Positions 1 to 14,750 of a stretch of DNA of 64,000 nt are shown piece after piece (the first letter of the stretch is position 1; each line of letters starts with the position of its first letter). The translations under genes were made by a program, and so were the position numbers. Under the pieces are notes generated by a model. It was not told the origin of the DNA. It did no database searches and saw nothing but the letters and a program-made list of their open reading frames with translations. Origin of the DNA: the human T2T-CHM13v2.0 reference genome, Homo sapiens; assembly GCF_009914755.1 (NCBI RefSeq), contig NC_060944.1; one strand, written 5' to 3'.

Positions 1-500
1 TACATAGGATTTTGCTAAGGGAAAGGCAGGGAAGGGCAATATAGGCAGAGAAAACAGTTAATCGAAGTCAAGAGGCATGAAATGGATGGGAAATGGGATG
101 TGGGGAGACTCCAAGTAGCTTGCTATTGCAGGAGCCTAATGGGCAGAGTAGACAGTGGTGGGCAGAGACCACAGATTACTGCAGAAGCCATGTAGGGTGT
201 AGAATTCACCTTTCCTTCCCTTTCTCACTTCTTCACTCCCCAAGTGGTGACCGCAGTATCACTCTAGAAGTGAACCTAGAGCTGTTCATTCAGGAAGCAC
301 ACATGCCCTTTAATCTGTACTCCCAGCCCACAGCAGTCTCCTAGGAGTAGGTCTCGCCAACTCCGGGTCCCCAGCCCAGAGGCACTTGACAGCACCCATA
401 AACTTTCTCTCATCAACTGATGTTGTAGCCAAAGAAAACAGGCTCCCAGGAACAGATAAGGGATAAGCAGAAACTACCCAGTGCTTGCCTGGGAAACTCT

Positions 501-935
501 TCTTGTAGTTCGAGTTCTCCCAGAAGTAGACTCTGTGACAAGAATTTGAGCACCCAAAATCTATTTGGGAAGTGTGAGAAAATACCCATAGAGGAATGGG
601 GAAGTGAAGCAGGGAAGAAAAGCAGCCAATACAGGGAGTGTTATCAAGCACGTCACCTCTGTGGGAGATGAGCACTTACTCCCAGGAATGGAATGGGACT
701 GGTGTCATGTACACACCTGAATTTTCCCACCCCAGGGACAGGGTAATTGGGGTAGCTGTATCCCAGGTCCCATCAATCACTGGCTGAGGGCTGCTCCCAG
801 GGAGTGTTAATTCCCTGAAAAGCAACAACACACCAGCCAGGCAAGGAAGTGCAGGTGCAGAAAGTCGGAAGTCAGGCCACTGTGCCCCGAAGCAAGAAGG
901 GCAAGGAAGTTTGAGCAGGGCACCCATGACGCACA
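501..935 (-). mobile_element. ERVL solo LTR, LTR33/LTR16 class
   Basis: Reverse LTR33-like 3' end (gagttctcccagaagtagactctgtgacaagaattt...tatttgggaagtg, agggaagaaaagcagccaatacaggg); boundaries approximate. Confidence 0.6.
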
Positions 936-1464
936 CCACCCTTCATGCTTCTTGTTATTCTTTCCCAGCTGTGGGAGAGAAACATCTCTAAGGACCTGAT
1001 TTTCCCCTTTCTCCTCCATGTAAAGTTTGGAAGAAGAGTCAGGAAAGAACATCGCCAATCAAAAGGAGGGGGCCAATGTCCATCTAAAAGCCATTCAAGC
1101 TTCATTGTCCCCAACTATTTTGGGCGAGTGTATCTGCCAACTGGCACAGATTCATTTCCTCACTCCATAAAGCAAGTGAGCAAAAGAGAAAGCTAGTTCA
1201 TAATAACCCTTCTACAAAGTCAAAGCATAATCTGACTTTGGGTTTCTAAGGAATCTGGTTCTTTTCACCTAAAAATGCCTGTGTAAAGTTCTACTAAAGC
1301 AGAGAGAGGTGCGCATTTTTTTAATACCACCACCATTAAGGAAACACAAAGCTTTTTTTGTTTTAGTCCAGTGGTTTGCACAGTGCCCTGAGGCCTAGGA
1401 GCTCTGCAGAGGTGTCTCGGGTGGATGAGGAAGGCAGAAAGAGTTTTTTTCTGCTCTGAGTCCC

Positions 1465-1954
1465 TCTCTTAGTTTGGGTTTCCCTAGAAGCTGACCAAGA
1501 GACAAGGATTCAAGTGCAAGTTGTATATTTGGGAGGTGATTCTGCGGTCACCACTTGGGGAGTGAAGAAGTGGGGAAGGAAAGGCAACCAACAAAGGGTG
1601 AGTTATCAATGCAGTTACCACTGTGGGCAGCTAGAGCCTGTGCCTTCTAGGGACCTGTGTGAGCCAGACTAGAGCACAAGCTTTGGCAACATCCCACCTG
1701 AGGTGTGCGGGAGCTGGGGTATAAATACCACGGCTCCCTTCAGTCATTAGTTCAGAGCTGCTTGTGGGGGACGTTGATTCTCTGGGACTTCCAGCCTGCC
1801 CAGAAGCAGCAAAACGAACTCTGGCAGCCAGAAAAAGCCCTTGGGCAGGGAGGGAGTGACAGGGAGCATGTGCTGGCAGTTGGAATTTAATGGAAGAAGC
1901 CAAAATTTTGCAGAACAAGAGAATATGCAAGAGACATCGATAGCATGGGATACA
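1465..1954 (-). mobile_element. ERVL solo LTR, LTR33-like
   Basis: tcttagtttgggtttccctagaagctgacc...gacaaggattcaagtgcaag...tttgggaggtgat matches the recalled reverse LTR33 end; element ends ...ggataca. Confidence 0.75.
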
Positions 1955-3059
1955 GCCCCCTATTCTTAGTCCTCTGAGAAGAGAGGCTTAAATCTTCTGT
2001 TTTACATATCCGGGTGGCACTAGAGATACACTAAGAAAAAAGAGGTTTTAAAACCTCTGGTCTGATACAATGTACTTATTTCACAAATAAGGACTTAGAG
2101 GTCCAGAAAAGAAAGTGTGTAGCAATGTGAGGACCAGAGCTGAGATCTCTTGAGCGTCAGACCAGGGCTTTTCCCACGCTGCACACATTTTGGCCCAAGC
2201 CAAGTTTTGCTGCTATTTCATTTTTTCAAACTCCTTTTGTTCACATTGTCCCTGTTCTCCACGTATGCCCCTGCGACCTTAGCCGACTGTTGCCCAGCAT
2301 CAACCACTCGCGCTTCCCACCAGTCACATAGAATGCCATTCTCTTTCCATCTTTATCCAGCTTCTTTGACAAAAACCTTTTATTACATTTGCAAACAGTG
2401 ACCAAAAAGTATGAAAACCAGAGGATTGATGTTGGCACAACCACTTTGGAATTAAATGTAAATACTCCACTTCACTTGGGCGACATGCTGGGCTGATAAA
2501 ACAGCTTCTGCAAACTCAATATCAAGGAGTCTGTTTCCAATACAGCTGCCTATTGTCTTTCATGTTTGAAGATCATTCAAAAGCCTTTGGGCTGCTTTAT
2601 ACACGAACATGTGGATGTCTTAATTTATAAAAATCACTGTGCATCCTATTAATCTCTGCATCTTCAGTACCCAGGACTCTTTCTAGACCACAATAAGTGC
2701 TCAATAAATGTTCACTAAATGAATGAACAAAAAAATGACAGCTACGCTTCCCCTCAAACTGAAATCAAAAGGCCAGCCAGCTGCAGGGATTTTCATGTGC
2801 ACGATGAGCTTCAGTGACATTCCGTCAAAAATTGATCACGACCTCTTTGCCAGACTTTTCTTGAACTATACTGACAAAAAAATTAAAATCATTCCATTCA
2901 TTAAATAAATATTTATTCAGTGCTAACTATGGGTTGGGCATTGGGATATGATGGTAAGAGAAATAAAGGAGAGACTCTTCCTTTTTGAAGAGTGCAGCCC
3001 AGACAGACACAAATCAAGTAACCATACCAGTTAAATGACACCAGCCATGATAAATAACA

Positions 3060-3605
3060 GTGGTCCTTTTAAAGGTAGGTCCACAAAGCCTTTGATGTTC
3101 CTCCCCTTGAGAGGTGGAGCTCAATTCCCCTTTCCTGGAGCATAGTTTGAATTCAGTGCCTTACTTGTAAGGAATAGAAGAGAAGGGATTTCATTTCCAA
3201 GACTAGTCTATAAAAAGACTGTGGCCTCATCTTGGGTGGATTCATTCTTTCTCTTTCTGTCTCTCTTCTCATCATTTGCTCTGAAGGAAGTACCAGTTGC
3301 CATGTTGTGAGGATACTCAGGCATGTGAGGGGTAAGGGAGAACCCCCCTTTAGGGAGGAACAGGGGACTTCTAGCAACCATGTCGGTGATCTTGGAAGCA
3401 GAGCCTCTATCCCCGGTTGAGCCTCTCCAGATGTCTGCAGCCCTGGCCAACAACCTGACTGCAACCTCATGAGCGACTCTGAGTCAAAACCACCCAGTTA
3501 ATCCACTCCCAGATGCCTAACTCACAGAAACTCGAAAGTAATAAATGTTTGTGGTTTTATGTTATGTTTGGGGTAATTTGTTACACAGCAATAGGTAATT
3601 AACAT
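3060..3605 (+). mobile_element. MaLR solo LTR, MLT1F-like
   Basis: 5' gtggtcc...cctccccttgagaggtggag; 3' aataaatgtttgtggttttatgttatgtttggggtaatttgttacacagcaataggtaattaaca, a typical MLT1 end. Confidence 0.75.
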
Positions 3606-3970
3606 GAAGGAGAAGTCCTAGATAATGTGAGTGCTTCCATCTGATCTGGGAAGTCAGAAAGAGCTTCCCCAATGAAGTGATTGAGTAATGGAGGAGCAAG
3701 AAGGCTGAGAAGAGTAATCCAAGGAAAAGAAGTGACATGTGCAAGGGCCCTGGGGCAGGAAGGGAGCATGCTGAGTTGGAAAGATTGAAGGAAACCAGTG
3801 TGGCTGCTGCTGCATGGGGATCAAATGGGAAAGTGATTTGGAATAAAGCCGGCATGAGGGGGACCTATCCACGGAGGGCCTCAAGACATTGTCCAGGACT
3901 TTGATCTTTATCAAGAGAGCAATGGCAAGTCTTTGAAGAAACAGGTATGTGACTTGATCAGACTTGTATT
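3606..3970 (-). mobile_element. L2 fragment
   Basis: gggaagtcagaaagagcttccc...atgtgcaagggccctggggcaggaagggagcatg...ggactttgatctttatc, reverse L2 3' region. Confidence 0.65.
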
Positions 3971-4339
3971 TCCTTCATGTTCTTTCAACTATCATCTCTT
4001 ATCAAAGCATTCAGCTGACAACTTCCTCTCTCTGGGCATGTTTTGATTTCCACACAGACTTTCTGCAAATAATGGAAATCACATAGGCAAAAAAAAAAAA
4101 AAACCCTCTGCTTATAATTTGCAGTGCAAACTTCATGCTAACTCTCATTTTACCCCAGTGGCTGCCAGTCACTCTCTATCAGCTATAAGAGGGCGAGATA
4201 GACAAGGTTTAGGAAACGTAGGATGAAGTAAGGGGCTCCCTTCAAGGTGAATCCCAAAAATCATATGCCAACGTTGGGGTGTAGGTATATCTGTGCAGTT
4301 TTTAAAGGACAAAGTCGAGTTTTTATCACATTCTCAAGG

Positions 4340-4781
4340 GGATCTGGGTTCCCTAGAAGCAGAACCTGAAGCCAAGATTCAGGGTCATGGAAGTTACTGA
4401 GGAAGGACTCACAGGGGAAACTTTCAAGGAAAAGGAAGAGAAAAGAACCCAGCAATGTGTGATCTTGGGTGATATGTAGCCCTGGCCTGATCCCCAGGGG
4501 GACACTGGAGAATAATCTATACACAGTTACCCCATCCCATGGCATGAGGCCAGCCTCTTATACCCCTACATCTACATCCCTCAGTTACTGGCTGTGAGTT
4601 GCTCCCTACATTTCTGGAGATGATGTAAGTTTTCCAGATAAAATTAAGTATTTTTATTTGCTAAATATAGCAACCCTAAGAAAAGGGCAGCTACGAATCA
4701 TTAGCAGCCAATACTCACAGCAGCTCACGGATGGCTCAGCAAAGGGGATCTTGGCAGGACACCAAAACAGCGTTAACCACA
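4340..4781 (-). mobile_element. ERVL solo LTR, LTR16/LTR33 class
   Basis: gggttccctagaagcagaacctgaagccaagattcagg... to ...ggggatcttggcaggacaccaaaacagcgttaaccaca; contains a small hAT-Charlie-like remnant near 4625-4680. Confidence 0.65.
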
Positions 4782-5129
4782 ACCTGTGACCCTGAAAAGG
4801 TTCAAAACCCTCCATCTATAGGACGGAAATGGTTGGCTGGTCAGTAATGTTCTGGGAAACCATGATAAATTCCTCACACTTAGAAGCTGCAATAGGGCCC
4901 CAGGAAACTAGGACAGAGCTGGCATCCAGTTATGTTTGCACATCTGACTGACTCAAGTTTCCCAGGGAATCCAACCCAAATCCAGAACTTACAGCTTATC
5001 AGAGTACAGGAAGAAGCCAACAGGCCAAAATTAACCTAAGCATCACTAAACTAAAAGTTGCACAAAGATTCTACAGAGGAACCACTGAAAGTTCAGACAA
5101 CCAGGTCCCTTGTGTTATTTTAAGTGTGG

Positions 5130-5375
5130 GGTAGTACAATGAGAGTTAAAAGTAAAGATTCTGGATCCATACTATCCGAGTTCAAATCCCAGTGCCCCTG
5201 CTTACCAACTGTGTGACCCTAGGCAAACTGCATGACCTCTCTGGGACTCAGTTTCTTATCTGTCAAATGGATATTATAATAATAGTCTATCTGTACCAGT
5301 ATAGGATCAACTGAATTGATTTCTATAAACTGTTTAAAACTGTGCCTGCTTCAGAGTAGACATCAATAAATGTTT
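5130..5375 (+). mobile_element. MIR SINE (one of many; others near 5790-5930, 8065-8270, 10235-10480, 19440-19550, 26250-26420, 26770-26900, 45750-45905, 56420-56540, 59890-60032)
   Basis: MIR core gttcaaatcccag...cttaccaactgtgtgaccctaggcaa...ctctctgggactcagtttcttatctgtcaaatgg. Confidence 0.8.
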
Positions 5376-6240
5376 ACAATTAATATGATTATATAGTTAT
5401 AAAAAATGATGTTTTTGTTATTAAAGTTATCTGAAACTTCCCAGATTAGCTCCTTCCAAAGGCCTGAAAACATCCTTCATACTACTGGGCAGCATCATTT
5501 GGCCATGAGCTTCCTGGGGGCCTGATGAGTGCCCTTCTCATCTTTGCTCGGTGTTATGGACACATTGTTGGGTTTGATGAATATTTGATCAGTGGAGGCT
5601 GCCATTGCAGGAAGTAGCCAGGAAGGAAGTTTGCTGTCATTCAGGCCTGCCAGGCCCTTCCACTCCACCCGCCTTTACATCTCATGGCAGGTGCAACTGC
5701 ATGTTTAAAAGCCATGACGGGTCACTCTTTGAGCCTGAAATTTCCAGGTGTACAGTCGGGGGGTTGGTCTAGAGAAAAATCTCTGACCACCATGTATCGA
5801 GTCCTCCCTCTGTGCCAAGCACTGTACTGAATGTTTCATGAACATTACCTTGTTAACTCATCCCAACAACCCTAACTTCTTAATTTCCCTATTACAGAAG
5901 AGGAAATGGAGGCTCAGCCACCTTCTCCAGGCAGGGCACGCAGCTAGATTCTTTTACTCTCAGGCACGAGCCATAATCCAGCAGGAAGGACACATTCTTG
6001 CCAATGATGGCCAAGCTCCCTGAGATCACGGGAGCTATTTGCAGGCAGGTGCTGAAGCCAAAACTCAAGAAGAGGAGACACTCGTATCCAGGCACCCTCT
6101 AGCTCACAGCCAGAGCTCATATTCTCCAAAGCTGGGCACAAGCCAAGAGAGAATAACAGACACCCCCGGGATTTCATAGGGATGTTGTAGAGCCAGGGAG
6201 GTAGCAGAGCTAATACCACAAGAATACAACAGTAAATACA

Positions 6241-6544
6241 GCTGGGCACAGTGGTGCACACCTGTAGTCCCAGCTACTCGGGGGCCTGAGGTGGGAAGAT
6301 TGCTCGAGCCCAGGAATTCTGGACTGCAGCACGTCACGGCAATCAGGTGTCCTCACTAAGTTTGGCATCAATATGGTGACCTCTGAGGAGGGGGCCCACA
6401 AGGTTGCCTAAGGAGAGGTGAACTGACCCAGAGAGAAAATGGGGCAGGTCAAAAGTCAAAACTCCCGTGCAGATCTGTAGTGGGATCGCACCTGTGAATA
6501 GCCACAGCACTCCAGCCTGGGGAACACAGCAAGACCCTGTCTCT
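6241..6544 (+). pseudogene. Full-length 7SL (SRP) RNA retropseudogene, RN7SL-P class
   Basis: Alu-like ends enclose the 7SL S domain (cactaagtttggcatcaatatggtgacctc...aggttgcctaaggagaggtgaac...gtcaaaactcccgtgc...gtagtgggatcgcacctgtgaatagccac). A-rich tail follows. Many CpG transitions and a 7-nt duplication at 6448-6461. Confidence 0.95.
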
Positions 6545-6619
6545 CAAAAATAATAATTAATTAATTGTAAACACTGCTTGCTGAGTACTTATTAAATGTT
6601 AGGCGTCACGCTAAGCCCC

Positions 6620-7111
6620 TGTCTTGGTGGAGTTTCCAAAAACAGACTCTGAGATGAGGATTTGGCTGCAGGGTGTTTACTCGGGAGGTGGTCCCAGGAA
6701 GCACAGTGAGAGCCAGAAAATAAAACAAAGAAGAGATAAAAGTCAATAAATGGTACAGTGATGACCAGGTCACCTCTGTGGACAACTAAGGCTTGGTCCT
6801 ACTGGGGACACTTTGGGAAGCTCTGTGTTACACACATGAGAATTTTTCCACCAAGTGTGAGAAAGCTGGGTATGGATCCACCCACTCCCATCTTCCACAG
6901 GTTGAGGGTCCCTCCTGGAACATTAACTCCCTAGCACTTCTAAATGTCCTGTGCAGGGGTTGAGCACCCTCCTGAGCATCAGAGGAGCCCTTGGGCAGAG
7001 AGGATCACAGGTGATTGAGGCTGGAAGCCATAGATGTGTGCAGGAACTGCCCGGGAAACGTGCAGGTGACAAGAGAGTCAAGAAAACATTAGAAGGGTGC
7101 AACTTACTATA
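6620..7111 (-). mobile_element. ERVL solo LTR, LTR33-like, inserted in a MIR
   Basis: tgtcttgg...cagactctgagatgaggatttgg...gtttactcgggaggtggtcccaggaagcac; near-TSD gcccc (6615-6619) / gcctc (7112-7116); MIR sequence resumes after. Confidence 0.7.
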
Positions 7112-7374
7112 GCCTCTTTCAGGCATTGTCTCACCAGCCCAGTGAGGTAGGTACAATTGTGTGTCATTTTAGAGATGAGAAAACTGAGACTGAGACTCAG
7201 CAAAATAAAATCTACTCAAGGTCACAGTTGATGAGCTAAGACTGAGTCCAGGCAGCGAGGTCCAGAGCCCCTGGTCTAAGGCATCATACAACACTGAGGA
7301 CTCCCCAGCCAGTGCTCTTTGACTCTACCGAGCAGGCAACAATCGCACCAAACCCATGGGATTCTAGCCTCCTC

Positions 7375-7720
7375 TATTTGTTTATTTTACTGTATATATT
7401 TAAGGCACGTAACATGAGGCTTTGATATAAGTATACATAGTGAAATGGTTACTAGAGTCAGGTGAATACACAGATCTATCATTTCACATAGTTATCCTTT
7501 GTGTGTGTGTGGCAAAAGCATTTAAAGTATACTCCTAGCAAAAATCCTGAATACAATACAATATTAGCTATTGTCCTTATGTGGCACATTAGAACTCTAG
7601 ACTTCTTCCTCCTACACCTCTGCACCTTTGTATCCTTTGACCTATACCTCCTCATTTTCTCTGCACCCCTTCCTTGCCCCGCCCCTGGTAACAACCATTT
7701 TATTCTCTGTGTATTCAACT
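7375..7720 (-). mobile_element. L1MA 3' end fragment
   Basis: tttattttactgtatatatttaaggc...atacatagtgaaatggttac...cccctggtaacaaccattttattctctgt, reverse L1M 3' UTR. Confidence 0.75.
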
Positions 7721-7894
7721 TTCCTTTAACTCCAAATCCTGTATGTTCTCCATACAGTATTCATTCTACTGGCCAGCGGTTTGAAGTAAGGGATGGGGTT
7801 GACCTTTATTCGACTGGAGTAGAAAGATGAACAGAGCTGGGGGGTGACTTCTTTGTCCTAACCAATGCCAACTCCATTTTGCTTTGTAAAAGGA

Positions 7895-8193
7895 CTCTTG
7901 GAATTAGTAGGGGAGGAAAAATCACCTCCAGGTCAGAAGCTTACCTTGTGTGTCATATTTCAGACAATAGGAAGGAATTACCCCAGTTTCCCTCCAGCGG
8001 GGTGGACAGAAACTTCCCCCACCCCCCACTGGAATAGTATAGTCAGCCTTAGTCCCCCTACCTCCTGGGAAATGCATGAGTTGGATCCCTTTTCCAACGT
8101 TCTAGTTGTGTGACCTTGCTTATCTAACATCACCTCCCTGAATTCAGTTTTCTCATCTATAAAATGGAAATGATGACTCTTGCCTCTTAGGGC
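7895..8193. repeat. Donor arm of a ~299-bp local inverted duplication (partner 9442-9738)
   Basis: Hand alignment of the reverse complement to 9442-9738 gives ~20 differences in 299 nt (~93% identity), spanning unique DNA plus part of a MIR. Confidence 0.95.
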
Positions 8194-8395
8194 TGTTGTG
8201 GGGATAAAATGAGATAATGGAGAGAGAGTTCTCCGCACTGTGCCTGGCACATAGTCAGCACTCAAAAAGAGATTCATTCCTCACCCCTCACAATGCACCT
8301 ACCCCGTAATGGGGATGCACTGGGCAGGTGTGACCTGAGAGCATATGTTTGTGGTGACAGATCCAGCAAGACAATAATTGAGAGTAACCTGCGTG

Positions 8396-8404
8396 GTGTG
8401 TGTG

Positions 8405-8444
<40 letters not shown>
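8396..8444. repeat. (TG)n microsatellite
   Basis: About 24 GT units with one CG interruption. Confidence 0.95.
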
Positions 8445-8445
<1 letters not shown>

Positions 8446-9226
8446 TATGCTGCACTCAAAACCCATCCTTTCCCACCTCTAACCCCATGGGCTCTCCACA
8501 GTGATTACAGTGATTCTAAAGAATTCACCAAAACATGTTATAAGCCTTGATTACAATGAAAAAGCGATTTTCCTAAAGTGGATCTTCCATCTGCTGGAGG
8601 TAGCCAGGCCCCAGTGACAAAGAAGAAATTCCTGGAACTCTGCAAACTCGGGGTCTGTGGCACAAAGCCCACTCCTTCCTGCAGCCAGCCTGATTGACAA
8701 GGCCCAATATCCGTCCCCTCCCGGGCCTAGATCCACAGCAGCAGCCCACAGAGCAGCCTTGGAAATGGACGATAAATGGCGCCTTTTTATTTATGAGCAC
8801 TTTCCATTATGGGCATAATACCCCCATTCTTTCCCTGGTTTGTATATAAACATCTCAAAATAGGCTTATTTTAAAAGGACCTTGGGACACAATACTTCTG
8901 TTTGAGAGAACGGCCAACGTGCCCACGCACGCTGAGAGTGGCTGGGTTGTTACTTGCTGGCCCCCTTTGCAAGAGCACTCGGCAGTCTTTTTGGGCAGAG
9001 AAAATAATTTGCTCAGGAGCCCATTTGTCCCTGGAAGTCACAGAGTGGACAAGGTCACCTGCTACTCGAGATTCACACAGTTGCCAGTCCTGGGGTTGGC
9101 AATTCTGGGACCCATGGCCACTGGGTCCATGATAATAATTCACATTTGCAGAAGTCACGTGTTTCCAAAGCCCTGGTCCCTGGCTTTTGCTCATTTACTC
9201 CTCCCCACACTTGAGTTCATAGTTAG

Positions 9227-9799
<573 letters not shown>

Positions 9800-11149
9800 T
9801 GTTGTTAGAATTCTTCAGAGGAGAAAACTTTATCCCTGAAGTATTAAATACCTTAACCACCATCCCAGAAGAATTGGCAGAGGTGGAGCTTGGATATATT
9901 GTCAAAATGGTGAAAGTTAATCATTCATTTGCAAATCCACCTGAAATCACTATCCTTGATTCGCCTCAATTCTAATGTCACTACAAAGACCTCTTTACCC
10001 TCCTCCCACTGCCTCACCCCAAGAAGCCCATTGCTTTGCTGTGTTTCTCTCCTGAATGAAGCTTGGGGTCTCTTGGCCCAGGGCAAGAAGGATGGGCTGA
10101 CCCCCAGGGGCTCTGGCCAGGCCTTTACGGAGCTAAAAAGGATAGCACCTTTTCCCAATCTCAATGCAGAGAGTACAGTGATTTTTTGCTTTTGTGATCT
10201 ATTTTGAAAGACCAGGTATAATTTATATTCTATTTAGCAAAGCTTTATATGGCACTTATTGTGTGCCAGCTGTTGTTTCAAATGCATTTCAAATCTTAAC
10301 TCGTTTAATCTTCATAACACCTTTCTGAGATAGATCTTCTTATTGGGGAATTTGTAGGTGAGGAACTGAAGCAGAGATGCTTAAGTAACTGTCTCAAAGT
10401 CACACAGCCAGTATGTAGAAGAGCTAGAATTTGAACTTGGCCTGGTTCCAGAGTCTGTGCTTTCTTAACCACTACATTATATTCTTAAATGATAGTGTCT
10501 ATAATTCAGGTGATTACCCGTGGTCACTTACCAGGGGAGAAATGCCTACTTTTTGGAAATAGGAAGCACCAACATTGAATGGGCTCCTACGATATACCAG
10601 GCTTTGTTCCAAGGGCTTCAATACGCTATCTTACTACTTTTCAACAATCTTAGGAGGCAGGTGCTGTAATCTCCAGCCTACAAATGAATTAATCAAGACT
10701 AAAAGCATAAACTAGAATAGGAATTTTAGTACCCTGACTGGTAGAGGGCCACTCAACAAATCCAAATCCAATTAATTAATGTCTAAGCATTAATTAATTG
10801 CTTAGAAACTCAGAAACACAGCTGGTATGCAGTGGAGCCTAAATTTGAGCCCAGTTTTATCTGACCTTCACCTGAAAACTGACCAGGATATCCCCAGGTA
10901 ACACAATTAGACAGGTGTAGACAGTAAGTTATTTTTATAAAATTATCAATATTAACATAAATAGAAATGTATTAATATGCATTTATAATACAATATACAT
11001 TCATTAAATAAATATTAATTAAAATTGTAGCATATAGATTCACTGATTTCTAATTATTGAGGATAAGAAATTCATTTTCAATATTGCTTCATCTAACCTT
11101 AATGTTTCTTATTTTGCTTTAAAGAGTACATGTAACTTTGTCTTTTTTT

Positions 11150-13530
<2,381 letters not shown>

Positions 13531-13549
13531 TGGTTCTAAATTGTTAGTT

Positions 13550-14275
13550 TATTAATTTACTCAACAGTTACCTATTGAGCATCTACCATGTACCAGGCAC
13601 TGATGGGAGAAATGGGGAGTCAACTTTGTTCTGGGCCTCACAGACCCTAAATTCTAGCAGGTCAGACAAAGAACAGAAAAACAAGTAAATACTTATAAGT
13701 AGGACTGTTATTTATCATAAGGCAGTATTCAGTGCTCTATACAACACTAAAGCAACATTGGAAAAAGCAAAATGAAAGGAAGAGGGTGTTATCTTAGACA
13801 TGGAGATTGATTGGGAAAGCCTCTCTGGAGGGGTGATATTTGAGCAAAGACCTGAATAAAATGGAAGAGTGAGCCAAGAAACCATCTGAGCAAAGAGCAT
13901 TCCAGGTAGAGAAAATAGCCTGTGCAAAGGTCCTGTGGCAGAAACGAGTTTGGCAGGTTTGAGGCATGGTAAGGCTGGGGTGGTTGGAACAGTGTGAGGG
14001 AGTGCAGAGTGGTGGGCAGAGCGCAAGCCATGTAAGGCCTTGAGGCCCTGGTAAGGAGCGTGTAGTGTAGTCTAAGTGTGATGAGAAACACAGAAGCAGG
14101 GATTCCAGTAAGGAGGCCCCAGAGGTCATCCAGGTGAGAGAAGACAGTGGCCAGGACCAAGGCAGGAAACGCGGAATGGTCAGAAGCAGTCAAATCTTTG
14201 ACACATTTTTAAAGCTGCCCTGGCAGGACTGCTAATGGGTTCAATGTCGGGAGTGAGGGAAGATGAGCATGATGG
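13550..14275 (-). mobile_element. L2 3' fragment
   Basis: ttactcaacagttacctattgagcatctaccatgtaccaggcactg...tttgagcaaagacctgaataa...cctgtgcaaaggtcctgtggcag. Confidence 0.8.
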
Positions 14276-14442
14276 AAATGCACCAAATCCACACTGGGCA
14301 TATATTTCATGCCGCTCACATTTATCCTCAAGGATCCAGACTCAGCCAACACTTTGTAACACTCATATAGTTAATGCATAAGGTCATAGCTAATTTAACA
14401 GACTGCTCTTTGACATTAAAAAGGAAAAAAAAAAAAAAAAGA

Positions 14443-14750
14443 GGCCAGGTGTGGTGACTCAAGCCTATAATCTCAGCACTTTGGGAGGCCAAGGTGGGAG
14501 GAACACCTGAGCCCAGGAGTTCAAAAGCAGCCTGGACAACCTGGTGAAACCCCATCTCTACAAAAAAATACAAAAATTAGCATGCATAGGGTGGTATGCA
14601 CCTGCAGTAGCAGCTACTCGGAAGGCTGAAGTGGGAGGATCATTTGAGCCCTGCCAGTCAAGGATGCAGTGAGCCATGATTGTGCCACTGCACTCCAGCC
14701 CTGACAACAGAGCAAGACCCTCTCTTAAAAATAAAAATAATAAAAAAAAA
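14443..14750 (+). mobile_element. AluJ
   Basis: ggccaggtgtggtg...gagcccaggagttcaa...gtgggaggatcatttgagccc...gtgagccatgattgtgccactg...gcaagaccc (J-type diagnostics); tail abuts the PPIA 5' UTR. Confidence 0.9.
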
